Numbered from the stretch's first letter, positions 16,433 through 25,553 are shown. The stretch is 48,784 bases of DNA from Rickettsiales bacterium (GCA_002720935.1 PBIV01000054.1:1-48784), one strand, 5' to 3'. Made by a program: numbers and translations. The notes: generated by a model not told the origin, from the letters alone.

Positions 16433-17617
16433 TTAGGCTTTTATGTTTTTAATATAATCTGCCCAGTCTTGCATCATTTTAGTTCGCTCTTGTAAAAAGT
16501 CTGCACGGTCATAGGCTCGGTCTATCTTATTTTTTGGTAAATGGGCGAGTTGACGGTCAATAACCTCATGGCGATAGCCCAATTCTTGTTTTATTGCCCC
16601 CATAGCAAGTGCTCTGAAGCCGTGGCCTGTCATTTTTCCTTGGTAGCCCATCAGTTTTAGCGCTTTAAGGATAGTGTTGTTACTAATTGAATTTTTTGGG
16701 CGAATAGGGCTCGCGAAGACATGTTCACGATTGCCTGAGATCAGTTGTTGTTTTTCAAATATTGATAAGGCCATATCAGATAGGGGGACAAGATGTTCTT
16801 TTTTCATCTTCATGCGCTCGGCAGGGATGGTCCAAAGCTTTTTGTCAAAGTCTATCTCTTCCCACTTCGCATTGATAAGTTCACTCGTCCTAACAAAGGT
16901 CAAGAGCATCAACCACATTGCGTTTTGTGTCGTGCCATAAAGGCGTGCGTCATTTGTTTGTAGCTTATGCAAGAATTCGGGCAGTTCTTCGACTTTAATC
17001 GATGCAAAATGGCCTGATTTAGAAGGTTTGAGGGCTTCTCTAATGTCTCTTGATGGATCTCTAACGCCTCGACCTGTTGCGATAGCGTAGCGAAAGATTT
17101 CGCCGCATTTTTGTAATTGACGTTTAGCGAGGTCAAATGCACCACGTTTTTCGATCTTGCGAATAACTTCTAATAGGGCAGGCGGTTCAATATCTTTGAT
17201 AGGCATTTTACCGATATAAGGAAAGATATCATCCTTGAGACGATCTAAGATTTGTCCAGCGTATCGATCTGACCAGCCGGTAAGTTTGTTTTCATGCCAC
17301 TCTAAAGCGATTGCTTCAAAGGTGTTCTCCAAATTATCGGCGGTGGCGAGCTTTTGTTCTCTTTTATGGCTTACGGGATCGATGTTATCGGCAATAAGGC
17401 GTTTGGCTTTAACTTTCTCTTCACGTGCTTCTAGGAGAGAAACAATAGGATAGGTACCGATTGTTAAAAGCTTTTCTTTGCCTAAAAAGCGATATTTTAA
17501 GCGCCATGATTTAACACCGGTCTTTTTTACAAGTAGGAATAAACCCTCTCCATCGAAGAGTTTATAATCTTTTTCTTTGGGCTTGGCGCTCTTAACTTGG
17601 ATGGCTGAAAGTTTCAT
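16433..17617 (-). CDS. int: P4/CP4-57-type tyrosine integrase
   Basis: N-terminal DUF4102-type arm-binding region LSAIQVKSAKPKEKDYKLFDGEGLFLLVKKTGVKSWRLKYRF. Catalytic region with HGFRA, LAHL and the tyrosine context RAYDRADF. Confidence 0.92.
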   Translation of the reverse strand: MKLSAIQVKSAKPKEKDYKLFDGEGLFLLVKKTGVKSWRLKYRFLGKEKLLTIGTYPIVSLLEAREEKVKAKRLIADNIDPVSHKREQKLATADNLENTFEAIALEWHENKLTGWSDRYAGQILDRLKDDIFPYIGKMPIKDIEPPALLEVIRKIEKRGAFDLAKRQLQKCGEIFRYAIATGRGVRDPSRDIREALKPSKSGHFASIKVEELPEFLHKLQTNDARLYGTTQNAMWLMLLTFVRTSELINAKWEEIDFDKKLWTIPAERMKMKKEHLVPLSDMALSIFEKQQLISGNREHVFASPIRPKNSISNNTILKALKLMGYQGKMTGHGFRALAMGAIKQELGYRHEVIDRQLAHLPKNKIDRAYDRADFLQERTKMMQDWADYIKNIKA

Positions 17618-17623
17618 CGTACC

Positions 17624-17777
17624 TGTACACCGACACTTAGTATTAGAATAAAATAGCTTGTGGGATTGTCGGGGATAAAACGGGATATATCGGGATAAGT
17701 TTACGGTTTAATGCGGGTTGTGCGGGTGTTTAAATATTCTTTAATAGAAACTATTCGAATTATTTAACGACACTTGG
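17624..17777 (+). repeat. candidate Mu-type left-end region with repeated short motifs (possible transposase-binding sites)
   Basis: It starts TGTACACCGACACTTAG. CGACACTT repeats at 17631-17638 and 17768-17775. Three 10-bp-phased CGGG(G)ATA units lie at about 17669-17698, and GCGGGTTGT/GCGGGTGTT at about 17713-17730. Confidence 0.3.
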
Positions 17778-17809
17778 AAAAGTTTAATCCGACAAATGGT
17801 TTTAGAATG

Positions 17810-18490
17810 TTAAACACGCCTTAAACCATTCACTAATAAGACCTTGCCAAGGATATCAAAATCAACGCCATCATCCATTTTGATGGTAAACGGTTCATAT
17901 ATGTTGTTATCACTAGATACTTTTATTGTTTTACCAGGTAGAAATTGCAATCGTTTAACCATTACTGCCTCTTCTAACCTTATTACAAAGACGCCATCGG
18001 CGGGAACTCTGTGCTGCACGTCGTAACTGCAAATAAGTATTTCCCCATGATTTAGGGTTGGCGCCATTGATTCTCCATCAACTTCCATACAGAACAAATG
18101 AGACGAGCTGATAAACCAAGTTTTTTGTAGATATTCTTTGTGGAATGCTAATAAAGAGGTGGATTTTTCTTCAGTAACAAGCTTTCCATCGCCAGCGCTG
18201 GCTTTCACATTAATTAATGGGACATGGACGAGGTGTTGAGGCTGATGCTTTTCTTTTTCCTCTATTTTCTCTATCTCGTCAATTATATCTGTTTTATCTT
18301 CCTCTCCAGCTGCTAGCCAGCCAATGCTAACATCGGTTGCTTTTGCAATTTGTTGTAACTTATTTAAGCCAGGAGTAGAGCCCTTTAAATAATTTCTTAT
18401 TAAAGATTCTGAGAGTCCGCATTTTTTAGCGAATGAATTTACTGATTCTTCTCCAATGAGGTGGGTCAATCTTTCTTTAAAGTCTTCCAT
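17810..18490 (-). CDS. phage repressor: XRE HTH plus S24 LexA-like peptidase domain
   Basis: N-terminus SVNSFAKKCGLSESLIRNYLKG. C-terminus GESMAPTLNHGEILIC and AVMVKRL (Ser/Lys dyad context). It is divergent from ner. Confidence 0.9.
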   Translation of the reverse strand: MEDFKERLTHLIGEESVNSFAKKCGLSESLIRNYLKGSTPGLNKLQQIAKATDVSIGWLAAGEEDKTDIIDEIEKIEEKEKHQPQHLVHVPLINVKASAGDGKLVTEEKSTSLLAFHKEYLQKTWFISSSHLFCMEVDGESMAPTLNHGEILICSYDVQHRVPADGVFVIRLEEAVMVKRLQFLPGKTIKVSSDNNIYEPFTIKMDDGVDFDILGKVLLVNGLRRV

Positions 18491-18572
18491 TGATAGTTTA
18501 ATCCTAAAATATAAGTTTATTGCTGTTATTAAGTGTTTGTTTTAAAAGTAAAAACACTAATATTTTTTTATT

Positions 18573-18602
18573 CTTCGAATAAATTAGGGTTAAACTTCGA
18601 AT
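18573..18602. promoter_or_regulatory. candidate repressor operators: two CTTCGAAT boxes 22 bp apart
   Basis: CTTCGAAT at 18573-18580 and 18595-18602, each with a palindromic TTCGAA core, just upstream of the early promoter -35. Confidence 0.4.
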
Positions 18603-18608
18603 TTAGTC

Positions 18609-18637
18609 TTGACATTTACGCAGTTTATAGCGAATAT
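18609..18637 (+). promoter_or_regulatory. candidate early promoter (Pe-like)
   Basis: TTGACA 18609-18614, 17-nt spacer, GAATAT 18632-18637, with an overlapping TATAAT at 18635-18640. It lies 66 nt upstream of ner. Confidence 0.5.
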
Positions 18638-18702
18638 AATTACGTTAGTTACAAAAAAACACATTCGCTACTAATTTAAACAAAGAAAAAGACGAAAAAA
18701 TC

Positions 18703-19020
18703 ATGCATCCAGAAGATATAAAAGCAGCAATTCGAAAAAGAGGAACGACCATGACTGAACTATCCCTATTATGGGGCTTTTCAGATAGTGCTGTCCGCAG
18801 CTCTTTAAAACGAGAAATGCCCAAAGTCGAGATCAGGGTTGCCAAGTTCTTAGGCAAAGAGCTTTATGAAATTTGGCCCGATCGTTATACAAAGGATAAC
18901 ATTCGTATTCGTCATTTATCTATTGGTCCTAAGTCTAGCGAAAAAAAACGCTCTCGCCAATGTAAAAAAAACACTCCGAAATTAGCACTTGAAAATGGCG
19001 GTGTGGTTTTAAATGGCTAA
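18703..19020 (+). CDS. ner: Ner-like DNA-binding protein
   Basis: MHPEDIKAAIRKRGTTMTELSLLWGFS matches the Ner/Nlp N-terminal HTH. It is the first rightward early gene. Confidence 0.85.
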   Translation: MHPEDIKAAIRKRGTTMTELSLLWGFSDSAVRSSLKREMPKVEIRVAKFLGKELYEIWPDRYTKDNIRIRHLSIGPKSSEKKRSRQCKKNTPKLALENGGVVLNG

Positions 19021-19558
19021 AAAGAATAAAGGTTCTGATAACCGTCAATTACCTCTCAATTTAGATATGCACTTTTATATAAATAGTGAGCCTGTTAGGG
19101 CAAATGTTGAGGGCGGTTCAAATGAGATTTTAAGCGATTTTGAAATGCGTTTAAGAAAATCTATTAAAGACGTTCTAGACAAATGTTCAAAGCGTGAAAT
19201 AGACCCTCTTGATCGTATTGATGTAGCCGCTCGAATGACGAGAATTCTTGGCCGCGATATAACAAAAACACACATAGACCAATGGAGCGCATTAAGTGCA
19301 ATTACGAGACGAATACACGCAGATTCATTAAAGGCATTGTGCGAAGTAACGAATGATTACGCTCCTTTGCACGTATTTGTTGAATCTTGCGGCTTTAAAG
19401 CATTGCATCCAGAAGAAGCAAAAGCGGCTGAATACGGCTCTAAAATGCTGCTAAAACGCATCATTGACATAGATATAAAAGAGATACTTGTTGATCTTGA
19501 TGAAGATGAATTAAAGCAACAGCTCTTAAAAAGAATTATGGGAGGCTCCCATGATTAA
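19013..19558 (+). CDS. hypothetical early protein
   Basis: ORF coupled by 8-nt overlaps to both ner and the transposase gene. No motif recognised. Confidence 0.6.
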   Translation: MAKKNKGSDNRQLPLNLDMHFYINSEPVRANVEGGSNEILSDFEMRLRKSIKDVLDKCSKREIDPLDRIDVAARMTRILGRDITKTHIDQWSALSAITRRIHADSLKALCEVTNDYAPLHVFVESCGFKALHPEEAKAAEYGSKMLLKRIIDIDIKEILVDLDEDELKQQLLKRIMGGSHD

Positions 19559-21740
19559 AGAATGGTTCACGGCAAGAGAAATAGCTGAGCTGAAACTCAC
19601 ATCAACACCGAAATCAATAATGGGTGTATCCAAAAAGGCTAAAAGAGAAAATTGGAAAAAAAGAGAACGCCTAGAATCTGGTGGGGGATTTGAGTTTCAT
19701 ATATCTAATTTACCAGACAAAGCTCAAATGGAGATATTTGAAAAGCTTGTTGGTAAGCCAGAATTAAATGCTGCTCCAAAATATGAGCCAGCTCAAGAAA
19801 AGAAAACGGTTACAGCGGATCAAAGAAAAAATGCTCGGCTGATTATTGTCTCTTTATTTAACCAATTTATTACAAAAACAGGATTAGGTGTTTTAGCAGC
19901 TGAAAACCCATTTCTTAAGCTTTATGAGCAAGAGGGAAGTGACAAGAATTCTGATGTGGTTCCAAATTGGGTTTATGATATTTATCCATCTTTTTCAATT
20001 CAATCATTAAGAGGGTGGCGATCTAGGGCAAAGTCAGGAAATTTGAAAGCGCTAGGCGATAAGTATGGCAATAGAAAAGGTAAAGGTGTCTTAGATCGCG
20101 CAGAAAATGGAGAAGTTGCAAATTATATTAAGGCTCTGATTACTCATAATAGGCATTTAAAAGCTGGTCATATTAGAGATTTAATCCGCTCAAAATTTGG
20201 AAAAAGTTTAACTGTTTATAACAGTAAAAAAGACACAAAAGAGGATAAGCCTCTCCCCAATATTAGAACTTTTGAACGCTTTATTGCTACTTTTAAAGAA
20301 GATAATGAAGACGTTATGCTTAAAATGACTGATCCTGATAGGTATAAAAGTCATTATCAGATGGCTGTTGGTAAAGCTGATGAGGGCATTATAAGACTTA
20401 ATCAGGTTTGGGAAATTGATGCCTCGCCAGCTGATGTTCTATGTACGGATGGTCGATATAATCTTTATGCAATAATCGATATTTATTCAAGACGTTCAAT
20501 ATTCTTAGTGACGAGAACACCAAGAACAGATGCGGCTTTATCTTTAATAAGAAAAGCGATCTTAGAATGGGGTGTTCCAGATACTATAAAAACAGATAAC
20601 GGTGCTGATTTTATTTCATATCAATTTAAAACAGCCTTGATGGGGTTGGGTATTGAGCAAAATATATGTTCACCATTCTCTCCAGAGAAAAAACCGTATG
20701 TTGAACGTGTTATTGGAACATTACATCGCGATTTAGCCCCCTTATTGCCAGGATTTATTGGGCATAGTGTGGCGGATAGAAAGAAAATTGAAGCTAAAAA
20801 GGCTTTCTCAGCTCGTTTGGGCGAGAAAGATGACAAGGCGTTTTCTGTAGGTTTAACAGCCGAGGAACTTCAAATCAATATTGATAGATGGGCATCAACC
20901 AAATATGAACGACGTGTTCACTCTTCTTTGGGAGTTAGCCCTTTTGAAAAGGCTAACAACTGGAAAGGTGCGATAAAAACCATTCCAAATGAGCGCGCCT
21001 TAGATCTTCTTTTAGCACCTATTGCAAATGGTAAAGGATACCGAAAAGTCACAAAAGAGGGAATTAGAGTCGAGCGCGGTAATTTTGCTGCGCCTGAGTT
21101 GGCTTTATATGTCGGTAAGACCGTATTTGTTAGGCATGATCCTGCTGACATGGGTAAAATATATGTTTTCGACCAAGAAGAAAATTATATTTGCACCGCC
21201 AAGGATGTCGAAAGACTTGGGCTTGATCGTAAAGAGTTGGCTAAAAAGGCTAAGGCAGCTCAAAAAGAATTCATTGCTGGTCGCACAAAGGAAATTAAAA
21301 AGGCAGCAAGAAGCTTTAAACCTGAAGATTTTGTCAATGCTTATCTTTCTGAAGCAGAGCAGAACGCTAAGGATATTATAGCGTTTCCCAAACCATCCGC
21401 AGATCACATCTCTCACGGTTTATTACAGGTAGAAAAAGCCTTATTAAAACCGCTTCCACCACAAAAAAATGAAATGAATAACAGACAACAAGAACTCCAT
21501 GAGGAGTTGCTTAAAGATTTGTCTCAAAAGAATAACCAAAAGCCAATAAGCGCAGAAACAAGAGAAACTCGTTTTGAGCGAGCTATGAATCTTGAGAAGC
21601 GTTTAGACGATGGCGTTCGCGTCACACAAAAAGACCATGATTGGCTGCTTGGTTATAAACAAACTCCCGAATATCGCTCACAGAAAGCGATGCGGGAGGA
21701 TTTCGGAGCTAACTGGTTTGAAGAAGGAGGTAAATTATAA
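19551..21740 (+). CDS. MuA-like DDE transposase
   Basis: 729 aa. N-terminal HTH WFTAREIAEL. DDE core VWEIDASPADV, IKTDNGADFIS, KKPYVERVIG. Long C-terminal domain. Confidence 0.92.
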   Translation: MIKEWFTAREIAELKLTSTPKSIMGVSKKAKRENWKKRERLESGGGFEFHISNLPDKAQMEIFEKLVGKPELNAAPKYEPAQEKKTVTADQRKNARLIIVSLFNQFITKTGLGVLAAENPFLKLYEQEGSDKNSDVVPNWVYDIYPSFSIQSLRGWRSRAKSGNLKALGDKYGNRKGKGVLDRAENGEVANYIKALITHNRHLKAGHIRDLIRSKFGKSLTVYNSKKDTKEDKPLPNIRTFERFIATFKEDNEDVMLKMTDPDRYKSHYQMAVGKADEGIIRLNQVWEIDASPADVLCTDGRYNLYAIIDIYSRRSIFLVTRTPRTDAALSLIRKAILEWGVPDTIKTDNGADFISYQFKTALMGLGIEQNICSPFSPEKKPYVERVIGTLHRDLAPLLPGFIGHSVADRKKIEAKKAFSARLGEKDDKAFSVGLTAEELQINIDRWASTKYERRVHSSLGVSPFEKANNWKGAIKTIPNERALDLLLAPIANGKGYRKVTKEGIRVERGNFAAPELALYVGKTVFVRHDPADMGKIYVFDQEENYICTAKDVERLGLDRKELAKKAKAAQKEFIAGRTKEIKKAARSFKPEDFVNAYLSEAEQNAKDIIAFPKPSADHISHGLLQVEKALLKPLPPQKNEMNNRQQELHEELLKDLSQKNNQKPISAETRETRFERAMNLEKRLDDGVRVTQKDHDWLLGYKQTPEYRSQKAMREDFGANWFEEGGKL

Positions 21741-22462
21741 TGCAAATCCAAACCATCGCACCCCTAAAAAACGTAAGTCTTTTTAATGAACTAATGGACA
21801 GGGTAATGAATAGACCTATTCATCTCCCTGGCATGGCCACATTTCATGGCTATTCAGGTTTTGGAAAGACTTTTTCAGCTGTATACGGGGCCAATAAATA
21901 CAAAGCATATTATGTTGAAGTTGGCCATAGTTGGACACAAAAGAAATTTTGTGAAGCTGTTTTGAATGAATTAGGAGGTCAAACAAAAGGCACTATTGCA
22001 ACTTTGGTTGATAGGATCGTTGAAATATTAGCAGAAGAAGATAGACCGCTAATTATTGATGAATTTGACTATGTTGTGAAACGTAAATTTGTCGAACTAG
22101 TAAGAGAAATTCATGATAAGAGCAACGCCCCTATTATTTTAATCGGCGAGGAATTATTGCCGAGCAAATTATCAGAATGGGAACGCTTTCATAATAGGGT
22201 CTTAGATTGGGTCCCTGCTTTACCCGCAGATATAGATGATGTCAGGAATTTAGCAAGGCTTTACTGTCCAATGCTAGATATAAACGAGGATGTTTTAAAA
22301 CAACTTCATAAAATGTCACAGGGGCGCGTTCGTCGTATATGCGTAAATCTTGAAAAGATTAGAGAATATGCCGTAACCAATGGTGGAGATAACGTAAATG
22401 TAAGTGATCTGAATGGCGTTCAGATGTTCACAGGCACACCACCACAAAGGAGGGCTGTCTAA
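21740..22462 (+). CDS. MuB-like AAA+ ATPase (transposition target-DNA activator)
   Basis: Walker A GYSGFGKT and Walker B LIIDEFD. It lies directly downstream of the transposase. Confidence 0.88.
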   Translation: MQIQTIAPLKNVSLFNELMDRVMNRPIHLPGMATFHGYSGFGKTFSAVYGANKYKAYYVEVGHSWTQKKFCEAVLNELGGQTKGTIATLVDRIVEILAEEDRPLIIDEFDYVVKRKFVELVREIHDKSNAPIILIGEELLPSKLSEWERFHNRVLDWVPALPADIDDVRNLARLYCPMLDINEDVLKQLHKMSQGRVRRICVNLEKIREYAVTNGGDNVNVSDLNGVQMFTGTPPQRRAV

Positions 22463-23091
22463 TGTCAGGAAGACCAATTACAACGATGCTGAGCCTTAAG
22501 AAGAAAGGTTTGAGAGGTCATGAAGCTATTTGGGAGCATATTTTAAATAACAAATCGGATGCTTTTACAATTCGTGATATTGACCAGCATACAAATGGAA
22601 AAACAGACTCTGTCCGTGATTATCTCAAAAGGCTAGTTAAAGCTGGGTATGTTGTTGAATTAGACGAAAAAGTAGGTAAAGCCAAGCTTTACAGGCTCAT
22701 CAAAAGACAAAAGAAAGCCCCACGGCTTTCCAGAGATGGTGTTGAATCTACACAAGGAACTGCTCGATCTAATCTGTGGCGTACTATCAAAATGATAGGA
22801 GCTTTCACAGCCCGTGATTTGGCAATATCTGCCTCTACAAAATCATTTCCAATTACAGAAAACTATGCGGCTGATTACGTGCATTTCTTAAGCAAGGCTG
22901 GCTATTTAAAAAAATTAAAAGGCTCTAAGGCTGGTGGAAATAAAGGTAGATCGGCTAAACAGGCGGTTTATAGGCTTATCCCTAGTAAGAATACAGGACC
23001 TAAAGCCCCGATGATCCAACGCATAAAATCTGTTTATGACCCTAATCTTGAACGTGTTGTTTGGATGAAAGGAATGGAGGTAAGGAAATGA
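22462..23091 (+). CDS. early protein with two tandem winged-helix repeats
   Basis: Internal duplication: FTIRDIDQHT...VRDYLKRLVKAGYVVEL...KLYRLI and FTARDLAISA...AADYVHFLSKAGYLKKL...AVYRLI. Confidence 0.65.
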   Translation: MSGRPITTMLSLKKKGLRGHEAIWEHILNNKSDAFTIRDIDQHTNGKTDSVRDYLKRLVKAGYVVELDEKVGKAKLYRLIKRQKKAPRLSRDGVESTQGTARSNLWRTIKMIGAFTARDLAISASTKSFPITENYAADYVHFLSKAGYLKKLKGSKAGGNKGRSAKQAVYRLIPSKNTGPKAPMIQRIKSVYDPNLERVVWMKGMEVRK

Positions 23092-23408
23092 GCGATTGGT
23101 TAAATACATTAAGAAAAGCTTGTGATAGTGCCTCTCAACGAATTGTAGCAAGAAAACTTGGTTACAGTCCTACTGTCGTAAATCTTGTTTTAAAGCAGCG
23201 TTACACAGGAGATATCGATGCTGTTAAACGTGCTGTTTTAACAAGGTTAGAGAAAAAGCATATTCCATGCCCAATCTATGGAGAAATTACCCCAGAAGTT
23301 TGTTCAAGCCATCAGGCTAGACCGTTTTGTGCGACAAGTTCAATAAGGGTCAAGTTATTCAAAGCTTGTAAAAACTGCCAATTTAATACGCGTAAAAAAG
23401 GAGCTTAA
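23061..23408 (+). CDS. early HTH plus Cys-cluster protein (likely start ATG 23088, ATGA overlap with the previous stop)
   Basis: SQRIVARKLGYSPTVVNLVLKQRY is HTH-like. Cysteines lie at CPIYGEITPEVC and CKNC. Confidence 0.6.
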   Translation: MDERNGGKEMSDWLNTLRKACDSASQRIVARKLGYSPTVVNLVLKQRYTGDIDAVKRAVLTRLEKKHIPCPIYGEITPEVCSSHQARPFCATSSIRVKLFKACKNCQFNTRKKGA

Positions 23409-23411
23409 ATC

Positions 23412-23681
23412 ATGATTTTTCACGATATACGCAATTTAAAATTCCAAATTATCGACCTCGCTAATAAACACGGTGGCGCCGTTACATTTGGTTCTAAAGA
23501 CTTGAAGACGCTGGTTCACTCTCTTCACGATATTGAGCAAAGAGTTATTGAACTAGAAAAAGGTTCGATAAATAAGCTCGCAAGACCGAGGTACGAGGAC
23601 GCTTTATGTCTTGATGAGTACGACAACACAAACGTTCTTGTTTTTCCACAAAATAACAACCGTAAAGGAGGTGTATTATGA
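23412..23681 (+). CDS. hypothetical early protein
   Basis: 89-aa ORF in the operon, with a 4-nt overlap with the next gene. Confidence 0.5.
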   Translation: MIFHDIRNLKFQIIDLANKHGGAVTFGSKDLKTLVHSLHDIEQRVIELEKGSINKLARPRYEDALCLDEYDNTNVLVFPQNNNRKGGVL

Positions 23682-24280
23682 CACAAGGTTTTATGACGAA
23701 TTCTCAAGGTCACTTAGTCCCTATGGATAAAGTTAAATCAGAGGATGTTTTAGAGAATGATTTGGTTTCAGAACTTTATAGTGAGGCTGTTTCATTAAAT
23801 AAGCAACTTCAGGAACTTAAGGATAAGGCCTTCAGTGATGTTTCTGAATTTGTTGAATTGCTAAGTGAAAAATATGGGGTTTCTAAAGGTGGCCGAAAAG
23901 GAAACTTGACCCTGACATCATTTGATGGACTTACAAAAATTCAAATTGCTGTCGCGGATAAGCTGCAATTTGGTGCGCAGCTTCAGGTCGCAAAACAACT
24001 TATTGATGAATGCATCAATGATTGGGCTGATGGTGTTAATAACAATATTAAAGCCTTAGTTGATCATGCTTTTAGGGTTGATAAAGCTGGGCGCATAAAT
24101 GTCCAAAGTATTCTTGGTTTGCGTCGCTTAAATATTACAGATGAAAAGTGGTTAAAAGCGATGGATGCAATAACGGACAGTATCCGTGTTACTTCAACAA
24201 AACAATATGTCCGCTTTTATAGACGCGAGTCACAAGAGGCGGAATTTGAAACAGTTAATCTAGATATTGCGAGGGTTTAA
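23678..24280 (+). CDS. DUF3164-family Mu-like early protein
   Basis: The N-terminus MTNSQGHLVPMDKVKSEDVLENDLV resembles the conserved DUF3164 start. Confidence 0.7.
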   Translation: MTQGFMTNSQGHLVPMDKVKSEDVLENDLVSELYSEAVSLNKQLQELKDKAFSDVSEFVELLSEKYGVSKGGRKGNLTLTSFDGLTKIQIAVADKLQFGAQLQVAKQLIDECINDWADGVNNNIKALVDHAFRVDKAGRINVQSILGLRRLNITDEKWLKAMDAITDSIRVTSTKQYVRFYRRESQEAEFETVNLDIARV

Positions 24281-24464
24281 TCAAATGAGATCACAAGAAA
24301 AAAATAGAATTGCTTTAAGTGTATTTGATCTTGGCTATGTAGGGCGTAAAAAAACAGAGATCGGCTCTGGAGACCTTAAAGTTGAGGATAATTGGTATCG
24401 TTTAACAGATGAATGCGTGGAAATTATTCGCAAGAGGCTGAGAGATGGGGGATGTTCAATATGA
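24267..24464 (+). CDS. small hypothetical early protein (likely start ATG 24285)
   Basis: Short ORF whose TGA overlaps the next ATG (ATGA at 24461-24464). Confidence 0.4.
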   Translation: MRGFNQMRSQEKNRIALSVFDLGYVGRKKTEIGSGDLKVEDNWYRLTDECVEIIRKRLRDGGCSI

Positions 24465-25138
24465 ATACTCAAACCAATAATGACTTTGACAGTTTGCGAA
24501 AATCTCTAATCGCAAAAATTCATATAGCTAAAAAAACATTGGGCTTAAGTGAATGTAATTATCGAGCTTTGTTAGAAAAAATAACGGGGAAGAATAGTTG
24601 TAAGGATATGGGGGTTACAGACCTTAAAGACGTGATTAGTGAAATGAAACGTTTGGGGTTTGAAGCGCGCCCCAAATCGAAGAAACGCCCCGTTTCAAGA
24701 AAAGCGGATATTCCCCAGGTCAAAAAAATTCGTGCTTATTGGATATCTTTATATCATTTGGGGGAAATAACAGATTCAAGTGAAGAAGCATTAAAGAGTT
24801 TTGCGCAAAGATATGCAAAGGTTGAGCATTTGAATTGGTTGACATCATATGAGGCCGATAAAGTGATCAAAGCCTTAAGGGGTTGGTTAGATAGAGTTGG
24901 GTATTACCATCCAACAAACAGTGATTATGACGTTCTAGGGTATCCCGATGCGGATAATATTTGTTTGATTAACCTGCAGAGTAAAATTCTAGGTATTGAA
25001 GATATCTATGAGTGGTTAAGAAATTTTACAAACGGTCAATATTCTTCGATCAATGGGATGCCAACAGATGTTGCCCATTCGGTTATTAAACAACTAGGTT
25101 CAGAAATTAGGGAGTTCAAAGACCAATATGGATTATGA
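24413..25138 (+). CDS. gemA: GemA-like regulatory protein (Mu gp16, DUF1018); likely start ATG 24461
   Basis: LIAKIHIAKKTLGLSECNYRALLEKITGKNSCKDM is the typical DUF1018 opening. It lies just before mor. Confidence 0.75.
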   Translation: MRGNYSQEAERWGMFNMNTQTNNDFDSLRKSLIAKIHIAKKTLGLSECNYRALLEKITGKNSCKDMGVTDLKDVISEMKRLGFEARPKSKKRPVSRKADIPQVKKIRAYWISLYHLGEITDSSEEALKSFAQRYAKVEHLNWLTSYEADKVIKALRGWLDRVGYYHPTNSDYDVLGYPDADNICLINLQSKILGIEDIYEWLRNFTNGQYSSINGMPTDVAHSVIKQLGSEIREFKDQYGL

Positions 25139-25502
25139 TTTTGATAATGATTTATCAATTAATCCGACGCTTGGTAGTATTACCGAGTTGATAGGTAAAA
25201 GCTTGGCCGCTAAAATTTCTATGGATTTTGGCGGTCGTAGGCTGTATATAACAAAAAATATGGGAGAAAATTCTCCCTTAGCTGTATCAGTTGGTCTGGA
25301 CGCAGCGAAAAAAATCGCTAATATATATGGGGGACAAGAATTTACTGTCCCTATTAGTTTAGGAAAAGAAGCAGAAGTCAGAAAACTTTGCAAAGAGGGC
25401 TTATCAGCTTCAACAATAGCCCGCCGTGTAAGGTGCTGTTTATCCTATGTTTACCGTGTCCGATCTGAGATGACACAAGAAAATCAAACATCTTTATTTT
25501 AA
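25128..25502 (+). CDS. mor: Mor/C-family transcriptional activator
   Basis: About 124 aa with C-terminal HTH LSASTIARRVRCCLSYVYRV. It is the last gene before the lysis/late region. Confidence 0.8.
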   Translation: MDYDFDNDLSINPTLGSITELIGKSLAAKISMDFGGRRLYITKNMGENSPLAVSVGLDAAKKIANIYGGQEFTVPISLGKEAEVRKLCKEGLSASTIARRVRCCLSYVYRVRSEMTQENQTSLF

Positions 25503-25512
25503 AATATTATAT

Positions 25513-25536
25513 TCCCCCTCTATTCTCGCAGCGTGA
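25513..25536 (+). promoter_or_regulatory. conserved late-promoter box, copy 1 (TCCCCCTCTATTCnCGCAGCrTGA)
   Basis: 22 of 24 positions are identical to 34063-34086. It lies upstream of the endolysin gene. Confidence 0.55.
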
Positions 25537-25553
25537 AATGAAACGCCAAAATA

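Larger units (their letters stand above)
2048..17617. mobile_element. accessory/defence island between the IS6 remnant and the integrase (boundaries approximate; no att repeats identified)
   Basis: Markedly AT-richer than the kinase gene and the prophage. Contents: integrase, AlpA, IS remnant, and several defence-type and surface-modification genes, some of them decayed. Confidence 0.45.

Noticed and set aside
21022-21416. ORFs in alternative frames or strands inside the MuA-like transposase gene (21022-21381 plus strand, 21105-21416 minus strand)
   Set aside because: They lie entirely within a well-supported 729-aa gene and have a low-complexity composition. They are shadow ORFs.
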